Shown: in pieces, positions 1 to 9,872 of the stretch
How the letters are laid out: the number at the start of each line of letters is the position of its first letter
Numbering within the stretch: the stretch's first letter is position 1
Source of the DNA: a virus
DNA length: 64,000 nt
Strand: one strand, 5' to 3'
IMG/VR virus record: IMGVR_UViG_3300027973_000056
Span: 2,621-66,620 of that record
Program-made: the position numbers and the translations under genes
Notes under the pieces: generated by a model
The model's input: only the letters and a program-made list of their open reading frames with translations
The model's database searches: none
Told to the model about the DNA's origin: nothing

Positions 1-146
1 CATCTGCCTCAAGAATGGTTAGAGGACATTTAGCCCAAATTGTTAACGGTATTAAAGAAATAAAAAAATCGGGGGCCGAATATGAGGATATTCAAGACCA
101 CCCGATGGTTAAACGTCACATTGATAAGTTAGAAAATTTTATATAA
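1..146 (+). CDS. 3' end of hypothetical protein (partial)
   Basis: Open frame from the window edge (...SASRMVRGHLAQ...KLENFI*) to TAA 144-146. Confidence 0.6.
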   Translation, partial: SASRMVRGHLAQIVNGIKEIKKSGAEYEDIQDHPMVKRHIDKLENFI

Positions 147-981
147 CATACCTTTTCATTGGGTCATATTGTACTAATTCTTTGTAGTGTAATTTATATC
201 CTAATTCAGAAATCATTTTTCTACCCATTTCAATTCCATTAAAAACATCTTCAATTACAACATATTCATTTTTAGTATGATAATCGTAATATCCAATTGA
301 AAAATTAATACATGAGAAACTAAATTTGTTTCTCAAAGCATACACATCGGTATATGGGTGAACCATGTATTGCATGTCTTCATTAACCATACCTTCAGTT
401 AAAACTTTATCAATCTTTTCAAAGAATTCGCTATCTCTATCAAACAATACTTGCCCAAAACATTTTTCTGTAATCATCCAGTTTTCTGGTGCGTCAAATT
501 GGATTCCATATCCAACATTCTCAAAGAATGATTCATCTGCCTTTTTTGAACCGTGACATCCTGTTTCTTCAGAAACAAAAAATGATGCCTTTAAGTACGG
601 TAATTCTTTAAGTAAGGTTAAACAAGCGAAAACACCACATTTGTCATCTCCACCGATACCTGTTGGTAATCCGTGATGATTATATGCCTTTAAAGCATCT
701 TTAATATTCCCTTGAGCATTTGGTAATTGTTCTTCACGAATAAGAATGGTATCTAACTCATGGACTGTATCTGTATGGGCGATTACACATGGAAAATGGA
801 AATCTTCTGGTAATTCAGAATTTTCTTTTTTTGTGGCATAAACATTTTTATGTTTATCTACGTAGTGTTCAATATTATTCTCAGTCAACCAATTAACCAA
901 GAATTCGACCATAAGGTCTTCTTTGTATGTTTTACTAGGAACGCTAAGAACCTCCTTTAGTAAGTCTATATTTTGTGTCAT
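139..981 (-). CDS. M20/M28-family zinc metallopeptidase
   Basis: HTDTV, GGDDKCG, SEETG and C-terminal YH metal-binding motifs; TATCTTTG promoter element just upstream. Confidence 0.8.
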   Translation of the reverse strand: MTQNIDLLKEVLSVPSKTYKEDLMVEFLVNWLTENNIEHYVDKHKNVYATKKENSELPEDFHFPCVIAHTDTVHELDTILIREEQLPNAQGNIKDALKAYNHHGLPTGIGGDDKCGVFACLTLLKELPYLKASFFVSEETGCHGSKKADESFFENVGYGIQFDAPENWMITEKCFGQVLFDRDSEFFEKIDKVLTEGMVNEDMQYMVHPYTDVYALRNKFSFSCINFSIGYYDYHTKNEYVVIEDVFNGIEMGRKMISELGYKLHYKELVQYDPMKRYVI

Positions 982-1001
982 ACCACAAAGATAAGAAAAA
1001 A

Positions 1002-2042
1002 TTAGATTTCTTCCAAATTAAATAATGTTGGCTGATAAAGTAGATGGTAAAAATTTTCTTCACTTAACTTTAACTCTCTTTGTTGAAGTGCTTTAGAAAG
1101 TTTAACAATAATCTTATTTGGATTCATTTCAAAATTTTCAATATAAAATCTAACGTCTTTCTTTTTTGGTAAGTTATGCCATCTGCCGACCTCAAACTTT
1201 TTACTAACTCTATCCACCATATTAACATAATCTTGAATGTTAAAGTCTCCGTCATACCCTTCTTCAATTTTTTCAAGTATATCATCTAATTGACGTTCAA
1301 CATAATTATTGAATGATACACTATCAAATTTTTCAGAATCTTGATATTCATAACTATTTTCTTGCCATCCACCTATTGAACCTGAATTGGTTGAAAAAAT
1401 TTTAGGCAGTAATTCATCAATTGAAAGTTGTAATGAATTTTCCCTGATGTACCACATTACAAGATTTGCAACTGTTGTTGTGAATTCGTCATCGGCAACA
1501 TAAGTAAATCCAAAATCATTAAAATAGTCATTCAACTCTTTTTCAATTCTTTCTTGAGCAACTTGAGTCATTTCCCTATTTTTTTCGGTGTGGTAGTCAT
1601 CAAGAATATCTTGGGTTTGGCGTTTAAATGAAGTTAACAATTTTTCTGCAAATTCCGTTTTGAATTCTTCATTTTCTAAATTAAATTTTTTAGGAAAAAT
1701 GTATCTTGATATTTGTTTTAGTTTTTCAATATTATCTTCATTTAATTCATAAAAAATAATATACCCATTTTTAAAATCGTCAGTAACGCTATACGAATCC
1801 ATGAATTCATAATCTGAATAATGTGAGTTAATCATTTTTAAAAACCAAACATCATCTTCTCCTAAACCAACAGTCTTCCAAAATTTATCATCATTAAATC
1901 CTAATTTAATCACACTCATCCCACGATTAGACCTATCTTCTCTAACATGATAAATGTTAGAGTCAGAATCTTCTAATTCATATCTAGAAATCTTACCTTT
2001 AACGTAATCCCTCAAAGCCATAAATGTATCAAATGACGCCAT
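1002..2042 (-). CDS. hypothetical protein
   Basis: 346-aa ORF; TATTTAT motif upstream. Confidence 0.75.
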   Translation of the reverse strand: MASFDTFMALRDYVKGKISRYELEDSDSNIYHVREDRSNRGMSVIKLGFNDDKFWKTVGLGEDDVWFLKMINSHYSDYEFMDSYSVTDDFKNGYIIFYELNEDNIEKLKQISRYIFPKKFNLENEEFKTEFAEKLLTSFKRQTQDILDDYHTEKNREMTQVAQERIEKELNDYFNDFGFTYVADDEFTTTVANLVMWYIRENSLQLSIDELLPKIFSTNSGSIGGWQENSYEYQDSEKFDSVSFNNYVERQLDDILEKIEEGYDGDFNIQDYVNMVDRVSKKFEVGRWHNLPKKKDVRFYIENFEMNPNKIIVKLSKALQQRELKLSEENFYHLLYQPTLFNLEEI

Positions 2043-2088
2043 ATTGATAATAAATACACTTTCAGTTTGGTTTTACGATATTTATTCT

Positions 2089-2096
2089 TATCTTTG
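2089..2096 (+). promoter_or_regulatory. Bacteroidota-type -7 promoter element (TAnnTTTG) for tmRNA
   Basis: TATCTTTG about 20 nt upstream of the tmRNA 5' end, followed by boxA-like GTTCATTGAA. Confidence 0.7.
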
Positions 2097-2116
2097 TATC
2101 AGTTCATTGAAATTAT

Positions 2117-2530
2117 GGGGGTGTCCAGGTATTGATTGCAGTAGTTAGGGTAACCAGGCACGTAGTCAGAATTCATCTATGACTTAAATCTATGGTGAAG
2201 AAAATCAAACGGCAAAACTTTTGCTAAAATGGCTGCTTTAGGTTTAACTAGAGAAGCTGTTGTTGTTGGTGCTTAATTAGTACAGAACAACATTCGGGTC
2301 GATGTACATATAACCTAGGAACAGAAGTACTCAAGGTGTAATACCACCCAAAGATGTATTAGGAGTCTTGTTCAGGGGTCTACTCCAACACAAGTGAACC
2401 CGACACAGTTATTGGTTACGATGTCAAAATAGGAACCATTTATTTGTCAGTTGAGAACTAACTGAATAAACGTGTAGTCTGTTTATGTTAATATTGTAAG
2501 ACGCGGGTTCGATTCCCGCCACCTCCACCA
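2117..2530 (+). ncRNA. ssrA: tmRNA
   Basis: Acceptor GGGGGTG/CACCTCC-A-CCA with G3:U70, T-arm GCGGG-TTCGATT-CCCGC, tag ORF 2211-2276 (GKTFAKMAALGLTREAVVVGA*). Confidence 0.95.
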
Positions 2531-2569
2531 TAGGTTCACAGAGATGTGAACCTTATTTTTATTTTTATT

Positions 2570-2953
2570 ATGGGAACAGATTGTAATATATGTAGCAACA
2601 AATGCTATGGCGTACCAGGACAACACGGAGGTTGTTGTACTTTAGATGACAGAGATTTCATCATTGGGCCTCATCCTGATGCTGAAGAATTTATTGAGTC
2701 TTTATCTAAAAAATTAGGTAGGGATGTTAATTATCGAGAAGTTTTTGTGGACTATGAAGAAGGAAAAACTTTATTTCCAAATAGGTCTGCATGGCAAAAA
2801 CCAGATACATATCCAGCGTTCAGGGTAGATTTTTATAATCCAAGACTCCCATGTATTTTCTACAATACAAAAGTAAGAGCGTGTTCTATATATGACATTA
2901 GACCTAAAACTTGTCAAGAATATGAATGCGAATACCTAATTCAAAATACATAA
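2570..2953 (+). CDS. YkgJ-like cysteine-cluster (CxxCxxCC) protein
   Basis: CNIC..C..GCC and C-terminal CIFY..CSIY..RP..C motifs; ATG at 2570 preferred. Confidence 0.7.
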   Translation: MGTDCNICSNKCYGVPGQHGGCCTLDDRDFIIGPHPDAEEFIESLSKKLGRDVNYREVFVDYEEGKTLFPNRSAWQKPDTYPAFRVDFYNPRLPCIFYNTKVRACSIYDIRPKTCQEYECEYLIQNT

Positions 2954-2993
2954 ACTATATTTTTTGTCACAAAGTTTTACTATATTTGTGACA

Positions 2994-3344
2994 ATGAACA
3001 AGTTTTATATTGGGTTATTTATTTTTGTAGTATATACCATATCTCAGATTTTTACGTTTTATCAATTACAGGGTCACTTGTGGAATAAATGGATTAAAGA
3101 TAATCCACTTTTAATGACCATCCTTGGACTACCCATTGGTTATGTGGTAATACTAGCCAGCAGACAAATGGTTGAACTGTGGGGTGGCCAAACGTGGCCA
3201 AATAGGATTATAGGATTCTGTCTCGGAGTCATAGTTTTTAGTCTTATGTCTTGGTTTCTTTTAAAAGAACCTGTAACCCTTAAAACATCGGTTTGTCTCT
3301 TTTTAAGTTTTGTTATTCTTGGCATCCAATTGTTTTGGAAATAA
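2994..3344 (+). CDS. small multi-pass membrane protein (DMT/EamA-like)
   Basis: Four hydrophobic helices, LLKEPVT motif. Confidence 0.6.
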   Translation: MNKFYIGLFIFVVYTISQIFTFYQLQGHLWNKWIKDNPLLMTILGLPIGYVVILASRQMVELWGGQTWPNRIIGFCLGVIVFSLMSWFLLKEPVTLKTSVCLFLSFVILGIQLFWK

Positions 3345-3353
3345 AGGGTATTT

Positions 3354-4859
3354 ATGAATATGAAATTCATGAGTATTTTATTAACTGAAAGTAGAAAAGA
3401 AGATTTAAGAAAAAAATACGCCAAAAAGTTTGAAGGCGGTACTGGATTAGATTTTATTTTGAACATTGCCGACTTAGAAGATTTCAATCACAAATACACA
3501 GATTGGGTGCTTAAAAATGTAGACCCTGAATCCGATAATTTTGATGACGATGTTGAATATATCGTAGAATTGGTTAAAGATTTTGATAAATATTCAAGTC
3601 AATTTCCTAAAAAAGATATAAATCAATACGTATCCTTAATTGAACTTGAAAGTGTAGTCAATTTTGTAAGAACTAAAAACAAGGATAAAGAATTAGAATC
3701 ACAAGCAAAAAAGATTTACGAAAAGGGTGACTTTGTAGTTATCCAACCAAAAACTGAACAAGCTTCGTGTAAATACGGTTCAAATACAAAGTGGTGTGTT
3801 ACATCAAAAAATTCAGGTCATTTTGGTAGATATACCGCAGGTCGTCAAGGATTATATTTTATAATTAACAAAGCCAAGTCCACAAACAAAAATTACTCAA
3901 AAGTCGCAATCCATTTTGATGACCAAGGATTTATGAGATATTGGGACGCCCAAGATTCATCAATGAGTCAAAGGGAAATTGATGTATTTGAATATGCATT
4001 TCCTGAAATGATTGAAGCAATTAAAGATGACTATAAAGAATATGCGGGGTCAATGACGGATAAGTTTTTAACTCAGACATTTGACTCTATGGGGGAAAAC
4101 TCCAAAGAAAGTAAAAATTATTTAAACTCAAATTATAATTTATCAACTTATATAAGAGGATTTCAAAATAATCCTGATTTGGGATTTGGTCATTCGGAGG
4201 CTATTTTATCAATATCATTAAATTCAGATAAAGAAAATAACTTGATTGATGAATATCAAGTTTTTATCACTTACAAATCCAAAGATAAAAAAACATTTAC
4301 CGCCAGTATAGGATTTGCAGGCCCCGATAGTATGACCCCTGCAGAAGATTTTGAAGACCTTGGACTTGAGGAATGGGGAATTGATGTAACTTATAGTATT
4401 GGTAGAAATCCTGCGGAAACTGCCGAAAGTATTAGAAAACACATTGCATCCAGAGTATTGGACCATATTATAAACAATCCAAAATTAACTCAAAAAATTG
4501 CAGGAACGTCAAAAGTATGGAGACCAGATAGATTCAACTACGGTTATACTTTTGGAAAAAACAAAGGGTTTATTAAAAAATTGGTTGATTACTTAGACGC
4601 TGGTACTATAGGTACAAAATTAGATTTTTTAGAGTCTCTTGGTAAACTTAAAACAAAAAATGTTGATGGTAAAAAACTATACTCTCGTTCAAATGACAAT
4701 TATGTACCATCTTCTCAATTCAGAGGTCAGTTTTCATCTTTCTTTGCATCCGCAAAAATGGCAGGAATTTTAAATTATAGAAAAGTCGGTAAAGATTATT
4801 TCTTAGTTAAAGGTCCTAATTTTGAAGCGTTCAAATCAGGAGAACTCAAGGCACTTTAG
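3354..4859 (+). CDS. hypothetical phage protein with KYGxxTxWC motif
   Basis: 501 aa; shares a domain with 43339-44385; N-terminal ILLTES; TATTTAT upstream. Confidence 0.8.
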   Translation: MNMKFMSILLTESRKEDLRKKYAKKFEGGTGLDFILNIADLEDFNHKYTDWVLKNVDPESDNFDDDVEYIVELVKDFDKYSSQFPKKDINQYVSLIELESVVNFVRTKNKDKELESQAKKIYEKGDFVVIQPKTEQASCKYGSNTKWCVTSKNSGHFGRYTAGRQGLYFIINKAKSTNKNYSKVAIHFDDQGFMRYWDAQDSSMSQREIDVFEYAFPEMIEAIKDDYKEYAGSMTDKFLTQTFDSMGENSKESKNYLNSNYNLSTYIRGFQNNPDLGFGHSEAILSISLNSDKENNLIDEYQVFITYKSKDKKTFTASIGFAGPDSMTPAEDFEDLGLEEWGIDVTYSIGRNPAETAESIRKHIASRVLDHIINNPKLTQKIAGTSKVWRPDRFNYGYTFGKNKGFIKKLVDYLDAGTIGTKLDFLESLGKLKTKNVDGKKLYSRSNDNYVPSSQFRGQFSSFFASAKMAGILNYRKVGKDYFLVKGPNFEAFKSGELKAL

Positions 4860-4919
4860 AATATACTTTAATTTCTTCAACTTATTTTTTTTTTCAGATA
4901 AATTAACTATCTTTACGAT

Positions 4920-5534
4920 ATGAAAATAATCTTTTTAGATAATGATGGTGTGATATGCCTTTCCACTAATTGGGGTGGGCGTTCTAAAAAATGGGCTAAA
5001 TATCGCTCAGCAAATCCTGAAACAGTTAAATCAATGAGTGTTGCACCAGTTGACGTACGGTTTGATGATTTTGATACAAAAGCGATTAAGGTCCTGAATG
5101 AAATTTTAGAAGAAACAGGAGCTGAAATTGTTGTATCTTCTGATTGGAGATTTCATGCAAACTTAGAAGAATTAGGTGAATACTACACATCCCAAGGAAT
5201 CTCAAAGAAACCTATTGGATTCACAAAAAGATTAGGAGAATGTCATGTACCTGAAAACTTCATATGGTCTCGCCAGTGGGACTCAGAACAGACAAGGTCC
5301 TTAGAGATACTTCAATACCTTCGAGACCATCCAGAGGTCACAGAATGGGTTGCAGTAGATGATTTGAATATGGGTATCCCACAGACTCATGAAACTTGGG
5401 GGGAAATGGAGATGGATTGGGGATTAACCAATTTTGTGTTAACACCAAAAAGTAGTGAAGGAATTAAACAATCTGGAATAAAAGAAAAAATTGTCAAATA
5501 TTTAATTAATGACACTACTGAATCAAATAGTTAA
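4920..5534 (+). CDS. HAD phosphatase of the Swiss-Army-knife RNA-repair type (HAD_SAK_2-like)
   Basis: IIFLDNDGV, IVVSSDWR and WVAVDD motifs. Confidence 0.75.
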   Translation: MKIIFLDNDGVICLSTNWGGRSKKWAKYRSANPETVKSMSVAPVDVRFDDFDTKAIKVLNEILEETGAEIVVSSDWRFHANLEELGEYYTSQGISKKPIGFTKRLGECHVPENFIWSRQWDSEQTRSLEILQYLRDHPEVTEWVAVDDLNMGIPQTHETWGEMEMDWGLTNFVLTPKSSEGIKQSGIKEKIVKYLINDTTESNS

Positions 5535-5628
5535 TCTTATTATTGGACTTGGGTTAATAGTACTAATTATTATTGTTATTTTTAGTTTGGCTCTTTGGAT
5601 TGCAAAAAAATTAAATGAATATGATTGA
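5509..5628 (+). CDS. 39-aa single-pass membrane peptide
   Basis: MTLLNQIVNLIIGLGLIVLIIIVIFSLALWIAKKLNEYD*, bridges the flanking genes. Confidence 0.5.
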   Translation: MTLLNQIVNLIIGLGLIVLIIIVIFSLALWIAKKLNEYD

Positions 5629-5809
5629 TATATTAAAAATAATCAAAGAAGAAGGACCTATTAGAAAATTTGATGGAGTAGCACCTGAAGGATTTGTTTT
5701 AGTTCATGAAAATACTTTAGAAGAACTGAAAGATTTTGAAGTTTGGAAAGAGTGGAAACACAATCAAATTTCTATCAAAGAGTTAAACAATAAACACTTT
5801 GATAAGTAA
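5615..5809 (+). CDS. hypothetical protein
   Basis: 64-aa ORF in operon. Confidence 0.6.
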   Translation: MNMIDILKIIKEEGPIRKFDGVAPEGFVLVHENTLEELKDFEVWKEWKHNQISIKELNNKHFDK

Positions 5810-5840
5810 TAAAAAATTGTTACATTTGTAACACAATTAA

Positions 5841-5997
5841 AGGCGTTAGGTATATGTGAATTTGAATCGAGGTAGAACTTGACAAGGTAAACCATAAGAC
5901 CTTAACGTATGGTGGTCAAACTATTGTAGTTGCCTGCAGCGACGAACGGAAGTGCACTCTCAGGGGGTACCCCAATAGTCCCTGACCACCTTTTTTT
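5841..5997 (+). ncRNA. candidate structured ncRNA (two stems then U-tract)
   Basis: TACATTTG promoter at 5821; stems 5843-5851/5899-5908, 5911-5918/5983-5990 and 5920-5926/5973-5979; T7 tract. Confidence 0.55.
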
Positions 5998-6008
5998 ATT
6001 TTTAAACC

Positions 6009-6197
6009 ATGAAAAAACAATTATTAAGAAAAAGAGAATCCAGACTTGGAGGAGTTTGTGGAGGATTAGGAGAATATTTCAATATTGACAAAACTGTATT
6101 TCGTGCTCTTTTTTTAGTTGGTATTTTTACCCCTCTTCCCGCAATTTTTACATACCTTTTACTTTGGATTATAATTCCAAAAGAATCAAAATATTAA
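6009..6197 (+). CDS. PspC-domain protein
   Basis: LLRKRESRLGGVCGGLGEYFNID..R...YLLLWIIIP PspC signature. Confidence 0.85.
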   Translation: MKKQLLRKRESRLGGVCGGLGEYFNIDKTVFRALFLVGIFTPLPAIFTYLLLWIIIPKESKY

Positions 6198-6198
6198 T

Positions 6199-6594
6199 AT
6201 GAACAAAGTAATTAAGAACCCAACGCTATTTGTGGACATTGATGGTACTTTAGTTAAGTATAGAAAGTTTAGTGAACTTCAAGAATCAACAATAACACCA
6301 ATTCAAGATGTTATTGATTACGTGAATAGTCATCACGATGCTGGGTCAGTTGTTGTAATTACAACGGCTCGTCCTGAGAGTTACAGACTATTTACTAAAC
6401 AAGAACTTGAAAAACTGGATGTTAGATATAGCCAATTAATTATGGAAATGGGAAGAGGTACAAGAGTAATCTTGAATGACGTTGACCCTGAAAATCCAGA
6501 ACTACCGAGAGCAATTGGTATAAACTTAGAAAGAGATGGAGGATTGAAAGATATTGAAATCCCATCTTACATTAGTCCTTATGAATCAAATTAA
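6199..6594 (+). CDS. HAD-superfamily phosphatase (PNKP-phosphatase-like)
   Basis: FVDIDGTL, ITTARP and ND motifs. Confidence 0.7.
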   Translation: MNKVIKNPTLFVDIDGTLVKYRKFSELQESTITPIQDVIDYVNSHHDAGSVVVITTARPESYRLFTKQELEKLDVRYSQLIMEMGRGTRVILNDVDPENPELPRAIGINLERDGGLKDIEIPSYISPYESN

Positions 6595-6904
6595 AGTATC
6601 TGCCAAAAGACACTTGGCAAAAACAGTTAGTTACAGAATAATCAGTACCGCAGTTGGTTTTTTAATTATGTGGTGGGCGACAGGAAGTATAAAATTTGGA
6701 GCGGCCTTTGGAGTTGCCGAATTGATACTTAAACCAGTGATATATTATCTACACGAAAGATTTTGGTATAGACATATGAAATATGGTTTAGTCGGAGTTA
6801 AACCTATTAAAAAAGTTAAAGATTTGAAAGAAGAACCTCAAATTGTAGAACAACCTGAAAAACCAAAAATTAAAAGACTTACCTATACAAAGAAGGCCAA
6901 CTAA
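6581..6904 (+). CDS. DUF2061-like membrane protein
   Basis: RHLAKTVSYRI...YYLHERFW signature. Confidence 0.75.
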   Translation: MNQIKVSAKRHLAKTVSYRIISTAVGFLIMWWATGSIKFGAAFGVAELILKPVIYYLHERFWYRHMKYGLVGVKPIKKVKDLKEEPQIVEQPEKPKIKRLTYTKKAN

Positions 6905-6920
6905 TAGTTGGTCTTTTTTT
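6893..6920 (+). terminator. intrinsic terminator
   Basis: AAGGCCAACT/AGTTGGTCTT stem followed by T-tract. Confidence 0.7.
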
Positions 6921-6946
6921 ATTTAAGTTATGATATTTATTAATAC

Positions 6947-8242
6947 ATGAAAGTAAATAAAGACATATTATCGATATATGAAGAAATTCTAACTAACAAT
7001 AAGAATATCTTAAGTGAATTAGAGTTGGTTCAACTCAATGACACAAATTATAGTAATTTAAAATACGATAACGACGGAACTCAATCTGATTCAGTTAATA
7101 AACCGTTATTAGATGACATTGACGCAGCAGCAAAAGCTGCAGGTCTTACTGCAACAGTAACTACCGCAAGTACAGGACATCCTGCAAACACTGTTACAGG
7201 AAACCCTAGTAGACATGGTCAACAAACTGCTGTTGATATTGCAATCTTAAATGGTATTGGTGCGGGAGGTGCTACTAATTCGGCTGACGGTAATTCAGAA
7301 TTTAGGTCTCTTGGAAACAAACTATCTAAAGCCTTGGTTTCTATGGGTTATACATTAAACACTGAGTCAGGTAATAGTAAATCCGTCCTATGGCAAACAA
7401 ATACAGGTGGTAACCACTTCAACCATTTACACGTATCAAATAACTCAGGAGAGTCAGGAACTGCACCCACAGTGGATTCAAGCGCAAGTGACAAGGCATA
7501 TTCAGACGCAACAAAAACTTCAACGACACCAAAAAGTTTAAATCCGTTTAATGCCTCAGGTGTTGAAAAAGATGATTTTTTAACAAACGTAGCAAAAGGA
7601 TTAACAGGTCAAAAGGAAAGTATAGAAGAACAAAGAAATTTTGGTAAAGATATAAGTAATAGATATGGTAGAATTATAATTCCAAAAGATTCTAATCCAA
7701 AAATTAAAAGCCCAATATCAGGGGTTATCTATAATAAAAGATATTCATCCAGTTGTGTAAATCAAATTACAATACTAAACACGGATAATCAAAAAATTTA
7801 CATTCAATTTTGTGGAATAAGTTCTCCTAAAGTTAGGGACGGACAATCTATTTCGGTTGGAGATACATTAGGTAATACTGATTCTGATGTTGAAGTAACA
7901 ATGTATGATAGCTCATGGGGAAGAATTCCTATCGGTTCTGAAGGAGTTGACAAATACACTGAAAAGAAAAAAGATAATAGAGAAAAAGTTAATAAAAAAG
8001 ACGATACAAGCAAATATTATACCGACCCATTAACCGCTATTGCTGCAGGTGTTCCTGGAAAAATTTTAGATAAAATATTTGGTGACAAATATGATGAAAA
8101 AACAGGAGAGAGGACCCAAAAAAGATGGGGAGGAGTTGCAGACAAAAAACCTGTTGACCCATGGTTATTAGACTTAATTAAAAGTCCATTTAAAAGTAAA
8201 AAAGTTAACGAGAATATTGAAAGAATTAAAAAGTTATTATAA
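6947..8242 (+). CDS. putative virion-associated cell-wall peptidase (M15-like Zn motif plus degenerate M23-like domain)
   Basis: SRHGQQTAVDI and HFNHLHVS motifs; IKSPISGVI...VRDGQSISVGDTLG. Confidence 0.55.
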   Translation: MKVNKDILSIYEEILTNNKNILSELELVQLNDTNYSNLKYDNDGTQSDSVNKPLLDDIDAAAKAAGLTATVTTASTGHPANTVTGNPSRHGQQTAVDIAILNGIGAGGATNSADGNSEFRSLGNKLSKALVSMGYTLNTESGNSKSVLWQTNTGGNHFNHLHVSNNSGESGTAPTVDSSASDKAYSDATKTSTTPKSLNPFNASGVEKDDFLTNVAKGLTGQKESIEEQRNFGKDISNRYGRIIIPKDSNPKIKSPISGVIYNKRYSSSCVNQITILNTDNQKIYIQFCGISSPKVRDGQSISVGDTLGNTDSDVEVTMYDSSWGRIPIGSEGVDKYTEKKKDNREKVNKKDDTSKYYTDPLTAIAAGVPGKILDKIFGDKYDEKTGERTQKRWGGVADKKPVDPWLLDLIKSPFKSKKVNENIERIKKLL

Positions 8243-8289
8243 TAAAAAACCCACCAATAGGTGGGTTTTATTTTTCCAATAGAATGTAA

Positions 8290-8472
8290 TTATTTTTTTT
8301 CTTCTACTGATGCAGGTGCTTCAGCCTTTACAGAATCTACAGCTACTGCCGCTGAATCTACTTTTACTGAATCTACCGCTACTACAGTTGAGTCAGAGTT
8401 AACTTCAGTTGATTTTCCGTTACCACAAGAGGCCAATGCTACGATTGCAAAAATTGCTAATACTTTTTTCAT
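8290..8472 (-). CDS. small lipoprotein
   Basis: Signal peptide with lipobox LASC; VDS repeats typical of Bacteroidota. Confidence 0.7.
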   Translation of the reverse strand: MKKVLAIFAIVALASCGNGKSTEVNSDSTVVAVDSVKVDSAAVAVDSVKAEAPASVEEKK

Positions 8473-8562
8473 GTTTTTTTTTCTTTTTTTGTTTATTAAT
8501 TAATAGACTATAAATATAAGAAGGTTAATGTATTATGTCAACTTTTCAAATATTTTTTTCTG

Positions 8563-8647
8563 CGGAAAGTGAGAGACTCGAACTCTCGCATCATTTGATT
8601 GATGTACGGTTTAGCAAACCGCTGCATTACCACTCTGCCAACTTTCC
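8563..8647 (-). tRNA. tRNA-Ser(GCT)
   Basis: Cloverleaf, anticodon loop TTGCTAA, long variable arm. Confidence 0.9.
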
Positions 8648-8653
8648 AATATT

Positions 8654-8989
8654 TTACAATAATTGTAAAAGATAATAAGACAATTTATATCCCGCAAATG
8701 CCCCTAAGGCTGATGGTATTGGAAACACAATCATTCGTCCCAAATCTGTTACATATTTGGGACGGTTAACTATCTTACCCATAAAAAAGTAATATGTTAG
8801 ATAACCTAATAATACCGCAATATCCGCTCTTGTTGCAATAAACACAACAATAGTCGCACCAATAAACCCAAAAGTAAAATTATCCCTAACTCCTTCCCAA
8901 ATTTCTGAAGTAGTGGCATCTTTATACTCTTTTACAATTTTCTTAAACTTGGCTCTATTGCCAGTTTTCTTTTTAATTTCAGTTTCCAT
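8654..8989 (-). CDS. hypothetical membrane protein
   Basis: ATG at 8989 (the longer ORF call overlaps tRNA-Ile); hydrophobic segments. Confidence 0.7.
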   Translation of the reverse strand: METEIKKKTGNRAKFKKIVKEYKDATTSEIWEGVRDNFTFGFIGATIVVFIATRADIAVLLGYLTYYFFMGKIVNRPKYVTDLGRMIVFPIPSALGAFAGYKLSYYLLQLL

Positions 8990-8991
8990 TG

Positions 8992-9065
8992 TTGGAATAG
9001 ATGGACTCGAACCATCGACATTCACCGTATCAGGATGACGCTCTAACCAACTGAGCTATATTCCA
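8992..9065 (-). tRNA. tRNA-Ile(GAT)
   Basis: Cloverleaf, loop CTGATAC; own TATCTTTG promoter near 9078-9085. Confidence 0.9.
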
Positions 9066-9158
9066 TTGTTGTTGGTACAAAGATACTAATTTTATTTTAT
9101 AAAAAAAATCCCCCTGACTTTTAATCAGAGGGATTCAATATTAAATTTAAAAAATATA

Positions 9159-9608
9159 CTACTTTAAAAATCTTAATTTGTATATTGTTGAATAAATTAA
9201 TTCTTGAACCGTATCTATTTGGTTTTGAATAAACGATTCTTTAACTCCTTTTCTTACTTTTTCAATCATGTAGTCTAATGATTTAAAATAATTAATTACT
9301 TGGTCAACACTTTTATAATCCTCAGTTTTTGCTGAGTCATAATTTTTAACAAGGTCGTACTTACCTTGGTAACTTTCGATAATACCGTCCACTAATTTGT
9401 CTATACCCTCATAATATCCTTGTAATGCTTTATGTTCTGAATATGATTTGGTTTGTAAATGAAAAATATGAACTTGAGTTTGAGAATGTAATAGTGTTGA
9501 TACCATATTCTTAAATCCTGAGTTACTTTTAGTTTCAGACTTATTTTCCTGCTCATTCAAATGCATCACTTTGAATAGTTGTTCTTTTGTTAATGTTAAT
9601 TTATCCAT
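9159..9608 (-). CDS. ferritin/Dps-like protein (DUF5856-like)
   Basis: HIFHLQTKSYSEHKAL..YY...D..IESYQG four-helix-bundle signature; N-terminal extension ending LNEQ. Confidence 0.7.
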   Translation of the reverse strand: MDKLTLTKEQLFKVMHLNEQENKSETKSNSGFKNMVSTLLHSQTQVHIFHLQTKSYSEHKALQGYYEGIDKLVDGIIESYQGKYDLVKNYDSAKTEDYKSVDQVINYFKSLDYMIEKVRKGVKESFIQNQIDTVQELIYSTIYKLRFLK

Positions 9609-9643
9609 ACAGATAAATAGTCAACATATTCAAAAAATATTTG

Positions 9644-9715
9644 GGTCAACGGACGGTATCGAACCGTCTTCCCGAGCTCCACAAACTCGTGCTTCACCTT
9701 AAAGCTTCAAAGACC
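9644..9715 (-). tRNA. tRNA-His(GTG)
   Basis: Loop TTGTGGA, encoded G-1 and C73; mismatched acceptor stem. Confidence 0.8.
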
Positions 9716-9720
9716 ATATG

Positions 9721-9794
9721 TTGCGAGAGGCAGATTTGAACTGCCCACCTCAGGGTTATGAATCCTGCGCTCTCACCAAATGAGCTACCTCGCA
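9721..9794 (-). tRNA. tRNA-Met(CAT), initiator-like
   Basis: TGCGAGG/TCTCGCA acceptor, loop TTCATAA, T-loop TTCAAAT. Confidence 0.85.
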
Positions 9795-9800
9795 GTTTAG

Positions 9801-9872
9801 AGGTTCTATTAGGATTCGAACCTAAACTCCAAAATCCGTAGTTTTGTGTGCTATCCGTTACACCATAAAACC
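9801..9872 (-). tRNA. tRNA-Arg(ACG)
   Basis: Cloverleaf, loop CTACGGA. Confidence 0.9.

Noticed and set aside
9066-9158. Attenuator for tRNA-Ile/Ser
   Set aside because: Plain terminator after the ferritin-like gene followed by a separate TATCTTTG promoter; no leader.
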